The translations under genes and the position numbers were made by a program. From a virus (lineage: Duplodnaviria; Caudoviricetes), in IMG/VR virus record IMGVR_UViG_3300046171_000055, positions 1 through 61,102 of that record: a stretch of 61,102 nucleotides of DNA; one strand, written 5' to 3'. Positions 1 to 8,481 of the stretch are shown here, in pieces (the first letter of the stretch is position 1; the number at the start of each line of letters is the position of its first letter). Below the pieces are notes generated by a model. It saw only the letters and a list, made by a program, of their open reading frames with translations, was not told the origin of the DNA and did not search any database.

Positions 1-592
1 CCGTTGGTCCTGTAGCACCTGTATTTCCTGTTTTTCCTTGAGGACCTTCATCACCTTGGTCTCCCTTTGGACCTTGAGGTCCTTGAGGACCTGTTAATCC
101 AATAGGACCTTGTGCACCGGTATCTCCTTTTACTCCTTGGTCACCTTGTTTTCCTTGTGGTCCTTCAGGACCTGTTGGTCCTGTAGAACCGGTATCTCCC
201 TTATCACCCTTACCTCCCTGAGGTCCTTGTGGACCTTCGGGACCTTCGGGACCGGTCAAACCTATTGGTCCTTGTGGACCTTCGGGACCTTCGGGACCGG
301 TGTCACCCTTATCACCCTTATCACCGGTTTTACCTTGAGGACCTTGTGGTCCGGTAGCACCTGTTAAGCCTGTTGGTCCTATTGGACCGGTGGCTCCGGT
401 ATCACCTTTGGGACCCTGAGGTCCGGTATTAGTTGGCATAGTAACTGAGTTACCATCACTAATACTAAGTGTTTGTCCGTTAACTGTTAATGATTGTTTT
501 GGGATAAAAGCACCGGTATCCAAACTCACCCCATCAACTTGTATGTCGGTAGAAACTGAGATTGGTTCCTTAAACTCGATGTATGATGCCAT
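1..592 (-). CDS. Collagen-like fibre protein, 5' part (continues across the window junction to 59844)
   Basis: Not in ORF track; ATG at 592 gives [13 protein letters not shown]... then 47 G-X-Y triplets from 424 to 2; base 1 + 61102 + 61101 forms GGT (Gly), keeping frame and G-X-Y register. Confidence 0.9.
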   Translation of the reverse strand, partial: MASYIEFKEPISVSTDIQVDGVSLDTGAFIPKQSLTVNGQTLSISDGNSVTMPTNTGPQGPKGDTGATGPIGPTGLTGATGPQGPQGKTGDKGDKGDTGPEGPEGPQGPIGLTGPEGPEGPQGPQGGKGDKGDTGSTGPTGPEGPQGKQGDQGVKGDTGAQGPIGLTGPQGPQGPKGDQGDEGPQGKTGNTGATGPT

Positions 593-595
593 TTA

Positions 596-2485
596 TTAGC
601 CTATTTTTTGAATCATATAATTTAATGCTGATGCTCCCGGATTCTTAGCTACTGAAATATCTACAATGTTTACAGTGCTTCTAGCAATTTTTACTTCCAC
701 ATTATCAAATGGAGATGTGTTACTGTAAACTTGTACCATAACATTTCTTGTATTGAAGTTGTGAGTAATTTGCCAAGTTGTAGCGTTGCCGATTGTACCT
801 GTTTTTTCTCTTGCAGTTTGACAAGAAACAACTTCAGTACAGAAATTGTTTACTTGTGATGCATCGATTGCAATAGCAACATCTGATGCTCCTGTGACAA
901 GACCTTTATCGTCTACAGTTATTTGTGATACTGTACCTGCTGCTCCGTATGTCGCTGCTTTTACTCCTGAATTTGGTATGCTTACTGCTCCTGCAGTAAC
1001 ACTTAATCCACCTGCAGTTGGGAAGTTAGCAATACCTTGAACTGTTGCAGTTGCAACATCAATGTTCTTGTTAATCTCAGTCCAATCTGCTGCACTTGTA
1101 GGATTATCTTGATTAGCAATAATTAAATCACCAATCTCTAAAGCAGGATTCCAAAAGTTTGCAGGATTTCCTGTACCACCTTTTGTTACTGCATAAGTAA
1201 ATCCTTTCTTAATTGAAGCTCCTGTTGGTGCTGCAGTTGATGCATCATATCCACCTTGATAGATTAATGAACCTGAACCTGCAAATGTAGTGTCTACATA
1301 ATTTTTTGTAGATGCATCTTGTGCTGACGTTGGGTCAGCCATATCAACAATCTTCTGACCATTCATATCCAAGCTTCCACTTGGTTTAGCAAAGTTATCT
1401 AGCTTAAGGTCGCCAATAGCAACTTGAGTATTTGTACTACCTATACATCCTACAAGAGTATCTACTGCAGGGTCTATATCTCCTTTTGGTGCAGGTAGTT
1501 CACATAGGTCTAGATTTACAGTTACGTTTCCTGTATTACTTGCTACTGTATCAATACCTGTACTTCCTGCAATAGTTAATGTATCACCATCTCCAATTGA
1601 TTGTGCAGCACCTGTATCACCTGCAGCCTTGAATGAAGACATTGTTCCTGCTCCACCTGTAGATGCTGCAGTTACTCTACCATACTTATCAATTGTAATG
1701 TTTGCTGAAGTATAGGCACCTGCAATTGCTTTAGAAACTTCTTCTAAATCTGCATCTACTGTTAATGCAGTAGCAGCATCGAATATAATAGTTCCTGCAG
1801 CCGAGGCAAATGTTACACCATTACCTGAAGCTACTGCAAATGAGTTTGTACCATCGCTAATATCAAATCCTGCGAATCCTGAAGGAATAGTTGCCCAAGT
1901 TCCATCACCCTTTAAATATTTAACATTGTCTGCTGCTGCCGGTTGAGGGACTGCACCACTTTTACCTGCAGCCGAACCGTTTGCACCTGTAAAGTCATTA
2001 ATACTAATAGCCGGTGAAGTACCTCCACTTGAAACTATTGGAGCAGTTCCTGATACTCCTGTTACTGTACCTGTGTTAGCAGTAAAAGGTAAGTCTTGTA
2101 CTGTTGCATAATTAACAACTGACTTTGAATCCGAATAAATAATGTGTGCTTCGGGAGGCACAGGTGTACCTGACAAGTTTGTTGCAGAAAGAATAATGTT
2201 TTTTGCAGTTGCATAATCAGGACTAATTGTAACAGAACCTGTTGAAGAGGATGCAGTAAGACCTGACCCTGCAGTGATTCCTGTAACACCACCTTGACCA
2301 TCTAACTCTACCCATTGGGTATTTACATCGTCATAATACTTTAATGTACCTGCTTGTGAGTCATAAACAATTTGACCACCACCTAAGGTAGCTGCTTGAC
2401 TTGGGGTACCTGCTGAACTTTGCAATAAAACATTTTGGATTTCTAGTCCCGTTAAGTCTATCGCATCTAAAAATTTTATTGCCAT
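596..2485 (-). CDS. Tail/capsid fibre-like structural protein (629 aa)
   Basis: G/A/S/T-rich; repeated fibre motif (AYTSANITIDKYGRVTAAS, SQITVDDKGLVTGAS); DPTSAQDASTKNYVD motif; C-terminal WQITHNF domain. Confidence 0.7.
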   Translation of the reverse strand: MAIKFLDAIDLTGLEIQNVLLQSSAGTPSQAATLGGGQIVYDSQAGTLKYYDDVNTQWVELDGQGGVTGITAGSGLTASSSTGSVTISPDYATAKNIILSATNLSGTPVPPEAHIIYSDSKSVVNYATVQDLPFTANTGTVTGVSGTAPIVSSGGTSPAISINDFTGANGSAAGKSGAVPQPAAADNVKYLKGDGTWATIPSGFAGFDISDGTNSFAVASGNGVTFASAAGTIIFDAATALTVDADLEEVSKAIAGAYTSANITIDKYGRVTAASTGGAGTMSSFKAAGDTGAAQSIGDGDTLTIAGSTGIDTVASNTGNVTVNLDLCELPAPKGDIDPAVDTLVGCIGSTNTQVAIGDLKLDNFAKPSGSLDMNGQKIVDMADPTSAQDASTKNYVDTTFAGSGSLIYQGGYDASTAAPTGASIKKGFTYAVTKGGTGNPANFWNPALEIGDLIIANQDNPTSAADWTEINKNIDVATATVQGIANFPTAGGLSVTAGAVSIPNSGVKAATYGAAGTVSQITVDDKGLVTGASDVAIAIDASQVNNFCTEVVSCQTAREKTGTIGNATTWQITHNFNTRNVMVQVYSNTSPFDNVEVKIARSTVNIVDISVAKNPGASALNYMIQKIG

Positions 2486-2505
2486 AATTTCTTTTTTTTT
2501 AATTT

Positions 2506-3237
2506 TTAATTACAATAAGCTTCACCTGAAAATGGTGCTGCAAATGTAATAGTTACTCTGTTTTTATTTATATAATCTACTTTACCAAATACTTCTTCGT
2601 TAAATGAGTTTACTGCAGTTACCGAAGGGAACTTGTTTAAATTGTGTGTAATGTCCCACTGATAAATTGGAGTTCCCTGTGAAAACACAAAGGTTTTATC
2701 ACCATCATTAGCAGAAGGATTCCACTGCAACAAAGATATAAAATATTCTTGATTCTTTTTTAATGTTCCTTGCCCTGCTACTAAGGTTAATCCTATATCC
2801 CAAAACTCAGGATTGCTACTTACTAATGCACTATCCCAATCATAAACTCCAAATTGAGATATGTCAACACAATCAGAAATGAATACTTGTGAACCAATTA
2901 AAGCACTGTAAAAACTTGAAATATCTACAGGTGTTCCTTGACTTACATATTTTAAACTTTTATTGCTTAATACAAATTCTGTTACATCCGTAAACAAAAC
3001 GTCATTACCTTGTGGTGGGTCAAAAGATAAAGAGCCTAACTCTAATGTATCACCCTGCTCAAGAACTTGAAACTTATATCTTAAAGTTTGCAAGTCAATT
3101 GCTGATGAATCATTAATATATTTAACGACTTCATTAACACTAAAGTTTTTGGTCTGCCCATTACCGGAATCAGTACCAATCCACTTATCTCCCCCACGGA
3201 CATTTTGGTCTATTGGATATAACTTTATTTTTGACAT
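2506..3237 (-). CDS. Fibre anchor/adaptor structural protein
   Basis: N-terminus resembles that of 57496..59517; C-terminal WDITHNLNKFPSV domain resembles C-terminus of 596..2485. Confidence 0.6.
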   Translation of the reverse strand: MSKIKLYPIDQNVRGGDKWIGTDSGNGQTKNFSVNEVVKYINDSSAIDLQTLRYKFQVLEQGDTLELGSLSFDPPQGNDVLFTDVTEFVLSNKSLKYVSQGTPVDISSFYSALIGSQVFISDCVDISQFGVYDWDSALVSSNPEFWDIGLTLVAGQGTLKKNQEYFISLLQWNPSANDGDKTFVFSQGTPIYQWDITHNLNKFPSVTAVNSFNEEVFGKVDYINKNRVTITFAAPFSGEAYCN

Positions 3238-3259
3238 TTACACAGATTTCTTAATGATA

Positions 3260-3267
3260 CAAAGGTA
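3260..3267 (-). promoter_or_regulatory. Bacteroidota -7 promoter box TACCTTTG
   Basis: Matches TAnnTTTG, ~23 nt upstream of ATG at 3237. Confidence 0.6.
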
Positions 3268-3285
3268 CTGAAATTATTTGATGGT

Positions 3286-3681
3286 TTATTTTTTTGAGTC
3301 AGCGTAAGAGTTCATCATCTTTTCTCCTGTCCTCCCGATTACATAACCACCTATACCTATCTGTAATAAATTCCAAAATTCATTTTCTAATTCAGGTATT
3401 CTTAAATCAAATAATGGTGCTACAAACTTTACATAAATAACTATAAAACCAAAAGCTAACATTAGTATTGGTCTCCAACTTCTTTGAAGCCAATTACCTT
3501 TTGCCTCTGTAACTATGATTTCAGTTTGCATTTTTTGCAACTCTAATTCTTTTTGAATTAAAATCTGCTTAATAACATTTTGTGCTTTGATTTTTTCCTC
3601 TTTAGAAGTAAAGAGATTGTCAAGTCCACCAAGAAGGTCTTTAACTACACTCCCCCCGAACCACTCTACTATTTTTTTCAT
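3286..3681 (-). CDS. Holin (3-TM, GTA-holin-like family)
   Basis: WLQRSWRP motif followed by hydrophobic segments and GIGGYVIGRTGEK; adjacent to endolysin. Confidence 0.75.
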   Translation of the reverse strand: MKKIVEWFGGSVVKDLLGGLDNLFTSKEEKIKAQNVIKQILIQKELELQKMQTEIIVTEAKGNWLQRSWRPILMLAFGFIVIYVKFVAPLFDLRIPELENEFWNLLQIGIGGYVIGRTGEKMMNSYADSKK

Positions 3682-4102
3682 ATTGTATTTCGCTTATATA
3701 TTTATACTCTTCCGTTGCATCGAAACTTGGACAAGCTTTATTTGCGAAATCTCTATGACCGTGAACAACACTATCAGTGTGAATTGCTTTTAAAGTCATA
3801 AGTAAACTTTCTAAACTTTCTTCTTGCTCACAAGTTCTTGTATCTTTTGGTGTTTTTCCATCAGACTCAACACCTCCGATATAACAAATTCCCAAACTGC
3901 TTTTATTGTACTGTTTACAATGAGCACCGGGAACATTATCTTCTCTTCCTTTTTTGATTGTACCGTCTAAATAAATGACGTAATGGTATCCCACATCTCT
4001 CCATCCTCTTCCATTAACGTGCCAATCTTTTATTGTATCTATTGTGATGTGTTGACCTTCACGAGTTGCAGAGCAGTGTACTATGAGTTTATCAATCTTC
4101 AT
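3641..4102 (-). CDS. Endolysin, N-acetylmuramoyl-L-alanine amidase (Amidase_2/T7 lysozyme-like)
   Basis: IVHCSAT, WHVNGRGWRDVGYH, GAHC, GICYIGG, GHRDF..KACPSFD zinc-amidase motifs. Confidence 0.92.
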   Translation of the reverse strand: MKIDKLIVHCSATREGQHITIDTIKDWHVNGRGWRDVGYHYVIYLDGTIKKGREDNVPGAHCKQYNKSSLGICYIGGVESDGKTPKDTRTCEQEESLESLLMTLKAIHTDSVVHGHRDFANKACPSFDATEEYKYISEIQYEKNSRVVRGECS

Positions 4103-4271
4103 TCTTCTTTTTAGACTCCTTGTTTAGCAAGTACCATCTTTGTGCCGTGTAACCTACCGACAAGATTAACAAGGTAATCTTTAATATCATATCTATATGC
4201 GACATTGAAATCGCAAGAGTACCTATATTCAATAGATACATTTTTATGTCACCCATCCAATTATTTATCAT
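4092..4271 (-). CDS. Small membrane protein, possible lysis accessory
   Basis: Hand-translated (MINNW)MGDIKMYLLNIGTLAISMSHIDMILKITLLILSVGYTAQRWYLLNKESKKKNED; hydrophobic; overlaps the amidase start; alternative start at 4256. Confidence 0.6.
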   Translation of the reverse strand: MINNWMGDIKMYLLNIGTLAISMSHIDMILKITLLILSVGYTAQRWYLLNKESKKKNED

Positions 4272-4376
4272 TACTAATGTAGTTATACACTATCGTTACT
4301 TCCATCACCTAAAGTTGATGACTGAACAAAATACTTATTCATATTCTTATTGATATGCCGATTACTAATTTTTTCA

Positions 4377-4874
4377 TTATCCCCAAAGTGCTATAATATC
4401 TCCTGCACCTTTCGCACCTAATTGCCAAACTTTATAAACTTGAACAGGGAAAAATCCAACAGGAACATTTTTAAATGTAACACCTGTACCTGAAAGGGTT
4501 GTTACTTTTAAGTCTCCTGCAGTTCCAATATATAATACACAACCATTAGCAGCTTTAGAATATCCACCATCTACGGCATTACCCTTGTAAATGTGATAGT
4601 TTTGATTCGCACCGGAGATAACATTCTTGTTTAGTCCAAGAGTGTTTGCATCTATTACAATAGTAACAGTTACTGATTCTATAGTTGTATCGTTATAAAC
4701 GATATCCCCTGCTTTTACACCAAGTGCAATAAAGTCAACATTAGTGTCAATTAGTTGGTCATTTGATTGTGCAGTGTTTTGACCTCTCACAACCTTAACC
4801 GGATAAGGAATATCAGCGTATTCAGAAGGATAAACTTCCTGTGCTAAATAACCTTGTAAAATATCTTGTGCCAT
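4377..4874 (-). CDS. Hypothetical structural protein
   Basis: Beta-rich; LYIGTAGDLKV...FKNVPVGFFPVQV motif typical of phage virion proteins. Confidence 0.55.
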   Translation of the reverse strand: MAQDILQGYLAQEVYPSEYADIPYPVKVVRGQNTAQSNDQLIDTNVDFIALGVKAGDIVYNDTTIESVTVTIVIDANTLGLNKNVISGANQNYHIYKGNAVDGGYSKAANGCVLYIGTAGDLKVTTLSGTGVTFKNVPVGFFPVQVYKVWQLGAKGAGDIIALWG

Positions 4875-4879
4875 AATTA

Positions 4880-5035
4880 TTATTTTTTATAAGGAAACTT
4901 CTCGTTTAAAACTCTTTTCCTTTTTCCACACCCACAGTCTTTATTTAATGCTTTTGCTCCTGCATCAACAATTTTTTTGATTCCGGTTGCAGTTGTTATT
5001 TTTTCTATTGTATCTCCTAAACCTTTTGATTTCAT
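4880..5035 (-). CDS. Small conserved-type phage protein (51 aa)
   Basis: Hand-translated MKSKGLGDTIEKITTATGIKKIVDAGAKALNKDCGCGKRKRVLNEKFPYKK; tightly packed between neighbours. Confidence 0.75.
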   Translation of the reverse strand: MKSKGLGDTIEKITTATGIKKIVDAGAKALNKDCGCGKRKRVLNEKFPYKK

Positions 5036-5181
5036 TTTGATTCTTTTTTACACATACATTGTGCAACAGGACATTCGTTTACATCAATGATTAGTTTTGA
5101 AATTAGCCAATTCCATTTGCAACATAGTTTACACCAAACCTTTTGCATCCACATCCCTAACCTTACAAATAACTTACCCAT
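5032..5181 (-). CDS. Small Cys/Trp-rich protein (49 aa)
   Basis: Hand-translated MGKLFVRLGMWMQKVWCKLCCKWNWLISKLIIDVNECPVAQCMCKKESK; ATGA overlap with the next gene. Confidence 0.6.
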   Translation of the reverse strand: MGKLFVRLGMWMQKVWCKLCCKWNWLISKLIIDVNECPVAQCMCKKESK

Positions 5182-5182
5182 C

Positions 5183-5386
5183 TTAGAAGTTGTGCTTTGT
5201 TACTTTTAGATTGTTAGAATGGTAACATCCTTGAGCAGAACCTTTGTTTCCTGAGTATGCTTTCTTGCCCATAGCTTTTTCCATACCTTTAGATTCATTT
5301 CTTCTTGATTTCATAGATTGAGATTTTTTTCCATTTCTCATTCCCATTGACTCATCGAGTCTTGAATTGTATCCTTGTTTTTTCAT
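5183..5386 (-). CDS. Small basic hypothetical protein
   Basis: 67-aa K/R/M-rich ORF packed in operon. Confidence 0.65.
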   Translation of the reverse strand: MKKQGYNSRLDESMGMRNGKKSQSMKSRRNESKGMEKAMGKKAYSGNKGSAQGCYHSNNLKVTKHNF

Positions 5387-5673
5387 TACGATTTCTTTTT
5401 TAAACTATTATTATAATCTCTTTTTTGAGTAGAACTTCCCATAAATCTTGGGTTTCCTCCTGAGCCTTTTACAACAGGCTTCTTTTTCTTTTTAATTTTG
5501 GTTACTGCTTTAGTAACTGTTTTTTTTATTTTGCCTCCTGCTTTTTTTAATGCAGTTACAACAGGTTTCTTACCTGAACCTGCTCTTATCAATCCTCCTT
5601 TTGCCATTTTTCTTTTGGCTCCGATTCCTGATGTTCTTTTTCTAGTATGTACTTTTCTTCCTCTTGGTGGCAT
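5386..5673 (-). CDS. Highly basic small protein
   Basis: 95 aa, K/R-rich with almost no acidic residues; TATATTTG promoter box at 5692-5699. Confidence 0.65.
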   Translation of the reverse strand: MPPRGRKVHTRKRTSGIGAKRKMAKGGLIRAGSGKKPVVTALKKAGGKIKKTVTKAVTKIKKKKKPVVKGSGGNPRFMGSSTQKRDYNNSLKKKS

Positions 5674-5699
5674 AACTTTTATTTTATTTTACAAATATA

Positions 5700-5993
5700 C
5701 TAATATTTTCCTTGTCTATTTTTTGGTGAAGACTTTGTGCTTCCACCCTTACCTGCCCATAGTTTTTTACAACTCCAATACCTAGCAGTTAGTTTTGATT
5801 TAGCAGTACCACATTTATGTCGTGCCTTAAAAGATTTTCTAGCTTTAGAAGAATAATTGTGCCCATATCCTTTTGCTCCAAAGTGAATTAGCTTTTCTTT
5901 TCCACCTTCACAAGCCTTAACCATTCTTTTTTTTCCCGGTCTTGTACTTGGTCTAGTGACATTGCATTTCATATTTTTTTTAGACACTGCCAT
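5700..5993 (-). CDS. Basic conserved-type phage protein
   Basis: KLIHFGAKGY...RKSFKARHKC...ARYWSCKKLW motif, recalled as a common phage hypothetical family. Confidence 0.7.
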   Translation of the reverse strand: MAVSKKNMKCNVTRPSTRPGKKRMVKACEGGKEKLIHFGAKGYGHNYSSKARKSFKARHKCGTAKSKLTARYWSCKKLWAGKGGSTKSSPKNRQGKY

Positions 5994-6494
5994 TTACTTT
6001 TTCTTTTTAAATGCGTTTCTGATTTTTTGTCCTGCAGCTTTTAGTTTAGCACCTTTTACAACTTCTTTACCATTGACAGTTCTAGTTCTTTCAACTTTTG
6101 GAGTTTTGTTTCTAACAGGTTTTGTTTTAGTTCCTGTTTTTTTATTATCTACCTTTTTAAGCTTACCGTCTGTGTAGCTTTTAGTTTTGGTAGTTGTAAC
6201 ACCTTTTCTAGTTTTGGTTTTAGTTAAGGTATTCTTATTACCATCACTTGTAAATGTTCTAGTTCTTTTAGGTGCTGCTTTCTTTTTAGTTGCAGAATTA
6301 GTTTGCATTCTTTTTCCTCTAGCTTCTTTACCTGCTTTACCAAGAACTCTTCCTGCTTCTTCTTTAGCTACTCCTCTTTTAGTTCTTTTCTTTAAACGAT
6401 TTGCTTTTCGTTTTGCTCTAATAGATTGTCTTCTACCTATTGCTCCTTGTCTAGTTTCAAGCTTTTGTTGTTTTGCTGACTTTTCTGTTGGCAT
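5994..6494 (-). CDS. Highly basic K/R/T-rich protein
   Basis: 166-aa histone/protamine-like composition. Confidence 0.65.
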   Translation of the reverse strand: MPTEKSAKQQKLETRQGAIGRRQSIRAKRKANRLKKRTKRGVAKEEAGRVLGKAGKEARGKRMQTNSATKKKAAPKRTRTFTSDGNKNTLTKTKTRKGVTTTKTKSYTDGKLKKVDNKKTGTKTKPVRNKTPKVERTRTVNGKEVVKGAKLKAAGQKIRNAFKKKK

Positions 6495-6589
6495 AATCTT
6501 TATTATTAGTATTAATATCTTTAACTTTAGCTACCCAATGTTTAGGTAATCTATTCCTATTGTATTGGTCAATCAACCACTTATCACTT

Positions 6590-6862
6590 CTATTTTCTTT
6601 TTTTACTGTGTGCTGCACTTTTAATTAACCTTTCTTCCATTTTAGCAACCTTAATTTTAAGATTGGTATTTTCTATAATTAATTCTTCAATCTTTAATTC
6701 TAAAGAATCAATTTTATCTTTTAACTCTTCAATTATCTTTAAAGATAATTTGTCAAGCTTATCTCCCTCTCTTTCATTTTGGTCCATCTTCTTTTTAATT
6801 ATAGACCAAATCTCTTTTACACCAAAAGCAGACAACAATGCTATGAGTAATCCGTCTTCCAC
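6590..6862 (-). CDS. Membrane-anchored coiled-coil protein
   Basis: N-terminal hydrophobic segment followed by heptad-like L/I/E/K pattern. Confidence 0.6.
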   Translation of the reverse strand: MEDGLLIALLSAFGVKEIWSIIKKKMDQNEREGDKLDKLSLKIIEELKDKIDSLELKIEELIIENTNLKIKVAKMEERLIKSAAHSKKRK

Positions 6863-7230
6863 TATGCTCGTCTAGTTCTTTTACGAACTGCACTTACCTT
6901 TCTACCACCTGCACCTTGCTTACCAACTCTAGCTTTTTCTCTTTGCTTAGAAGCTAATTTGCTTTTAGACATTTCGGACTTAGTAACCGGTGTCTTTGAA
7001 GACACTCTTTTAGATGGTCTACAGTATTCACTTCTGCCACCTGTACCACAAGGTTTGTTGGTTCTAGTATCTACCCATTTTTCCTTACCCCATCTTTTAA
7101 GGTTAGAACCTGCTTTGGATTTTTTAACCTTACCTTTTTTCTTTCTACACTTTGCAGTAGCCTGTGCTGCTCTAGCCGACCACTTGCCGTAGCTTCTCAT
7201 TACTTTTCTATAACACGCATCTTTTGGCAT
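6862..7230 (-). CDS. Basic protein, DUF5872-like
   Basis: LKRWGKEKWVD...KPCG...YCRPSKRVSSKTP motif. Confidence 0.6.
   Translation of the reverse strand: MPKDACYRKVMRSYGKWSARAAQATAKCRKKKGKVKKSKAGSNLKRWGKEKWVDTRTNKPCGTGGRSEYCRPSKRVSSKTPVTKSEMSKSKLASKQREKARVGKQGAGGRKVSAVRKRTRRA
6990..7005. repeat. 16-bp palindrome copy 1 (GTGTCTTTGAAGACAC)
   Basis: Exact match; inside CDS 6862..7230, read as VSSKT. Confidence 0.95.
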
Positions 7231-7355
7231 TATCTTCCTTGTCCTTTATATTTTTTCTTCCAACCCTTTTGATTCTTACTTGCGTTCTTTGAATGAACAC
7301 CGGGTCTTTTAGTGTTCTTTGTTTTACTATAAGATGACAGAGTAATCTTAGGCAT
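7230..7355 (-). CDS. Small basic protein (41 aa)
   Basis: Hand-translated MPKITLSSYSKTKNTKRPGVHSKNASKNQKGWKKKYKGQGR; overlaps both neighbours. Confidence 0.65.
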   Translation of the reverse strand: MPKITLSSYSKTKNTKRPGVHSKNASKNQKGWKKKYKGQGR

Positions 7356-7641
7356 TGCTTCTATTTCCTTTTTTTCTGTGTAACCTCATTTTAGTTCCAC
7401 CTCTTCCTTGAAGTTTCCTACCACCAAAAGAAATGTCACCACCACTAGAGGTTCTTCTTTTTCCACCCTTCTTAGACTTATCCCATTTCATAACATCTTT
7501 TGTTTTGAAATTTACTGCGTTGAGGTCTACGTTAGTATTCTCTTTAGCTTTGCCTTTGACATACTTATTTTTATCCTCTTGCTTGGCAGCTTTGGTTGTA
7601 GTCTTTTTCTTAGTGGTCTTCTTTTCTTTTGTGTCAGACAT
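7348..7641 (-). CDS. Highly basic small protein
   Basis: 97 aa, K-rich; first gene after the divergent promoter. Confidence 0.65.
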   Translation of the reverse strand: MSDTKEKKTTKKKTTTKAAKQEDKNKYVKGKAKENTNVDLNAVNFKTKDVMKWDKSKKGGKRRTSSGGDISFGGRKLQGRGGTKMRLHRKKGNRSNA

Positions 7642-7649
7642 AATTATAG

Positions 7650-7668
7650 TATCTTTGCTACAAAGATA
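7650..7668. promoter_or_regulatory. Back-to-back Bacteroidota promoter boxes TATCTTTG-cta-CAAAGATA
   Basis: TAnnTTTG on both strands, between divergent starts at 7641(-) and 7683(+). Confidence 0.7.
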
Positions 7669-7682
7669 TTAAATTTAATTCA

Positions 7683-8093
7683 ATGCTTGATTACTTGAAA
7701 TATTGGCGAGTAGTCAGATACTTTGTCAAAAGAAAGTATGGTCTATCCCAAGCCGAACTAGAGATGCTTCTGTTTCTCAGAAGCGAAAAATATTTTTCAA
7801 AAGATGACTTTGATGAGTTTGATGAACTGCTTAGTTGGGATAAGAATAGATTTGAAAAACTAAGACAGGAAGGTTGGATTGAAGTCTTTAGAAAAAAGAA
7901 AGGTCATCGTAGAGTTGTGTATGCTTTAACATATAAATCACAACGAGTTCTTACATCTGTATATAAAAAATTAGAGGGAGAGGAAATACCTGAAAGTAAA
8001 TCTTCTAACCCTCTATTCTTAGCTGATGTATCCTATAACGATAAAGTATATAGGAACTATATTAAAAAACTAAACAAGTCTATTCGACAATAA
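7683..8093 (+). CDS. Winged-helix (MarR-like) DNA-binding protein
   Basis: KYGLSQAELEMLLFL...FEKLRQEGWIEV...RRVVYALT pattern of MarR-type wHTH. Confidence 0.65.
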   Translation: MLDYLKYWRVVRYFVKRKYGLSQAELEMLLFLRSEKYFSKDDFDEFDELLSWDKNRFEKLRQEGWIEVFRKKKGHRRVVYALTYKSQRVLTSVYKKLEGEEIPESKSSNPLFLADVSYNDKVYRNYIKKLNKSIRQ

Positions 8094-8337
8094 CTACATC
8101 TCGTTCTGTGATAATAGTATATTGCTCACCTTTGATTACCATAGTATGACCTGCTCGTGAATCATAATATATAACATCATTTGATTTTATATTAGATACA
8201 TCTGTGCCGGGTTTTACTACATCTGCTTTCTTATACCTAATTTGTGATACGTCATCTGCAGATAGTAGTAATCCTGATTCGGTTTTAACTTCTTCCTTTA
8301 TCTGACGAATCAGAATATACTTTCCTATTGGTTTCAT
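8080..8337 (-). CDS. groES: Co-chaperonin GroES
   Basis: MKPIGKYILI...KTESGLLL mobile loop...VVKPG...YTIITERDV. Confidence 0.88.
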   Translation of the reverse strand: MKPIGKYILIRQIKEEVKTESGLLLSADDVSQIRYKKADVVKPGTDVSNIKSNDVIYYDSRAGHTMVIKGEQYTIITERDVVIVE

Positions 8338-8470
8338 TTTTTGTAATATGGTATTTGTCTTCTTTTAAATCTTTAATGTAGAATCCTTTATCCTTTAGCA
8401 ATTTAATTGCTTTATCAATCCTAGCTTGTTCATTTCGATAGTGTTCAAATATTTGATTATAAATTGGCAT
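8285..8470 (-). CDS. Hypothetical protein
   Basis: 61-aa ORF between groEL and groES. Confidence 0.5.
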   Translation of the reverse strand: MPIYNQIFEHYRNEQARIDKAIKLLKDKGFYIKDLKEDKYHITKNETNRKVYSDSSDKGRS

Positions 8471-8481
8471 TGTATTAGTAT

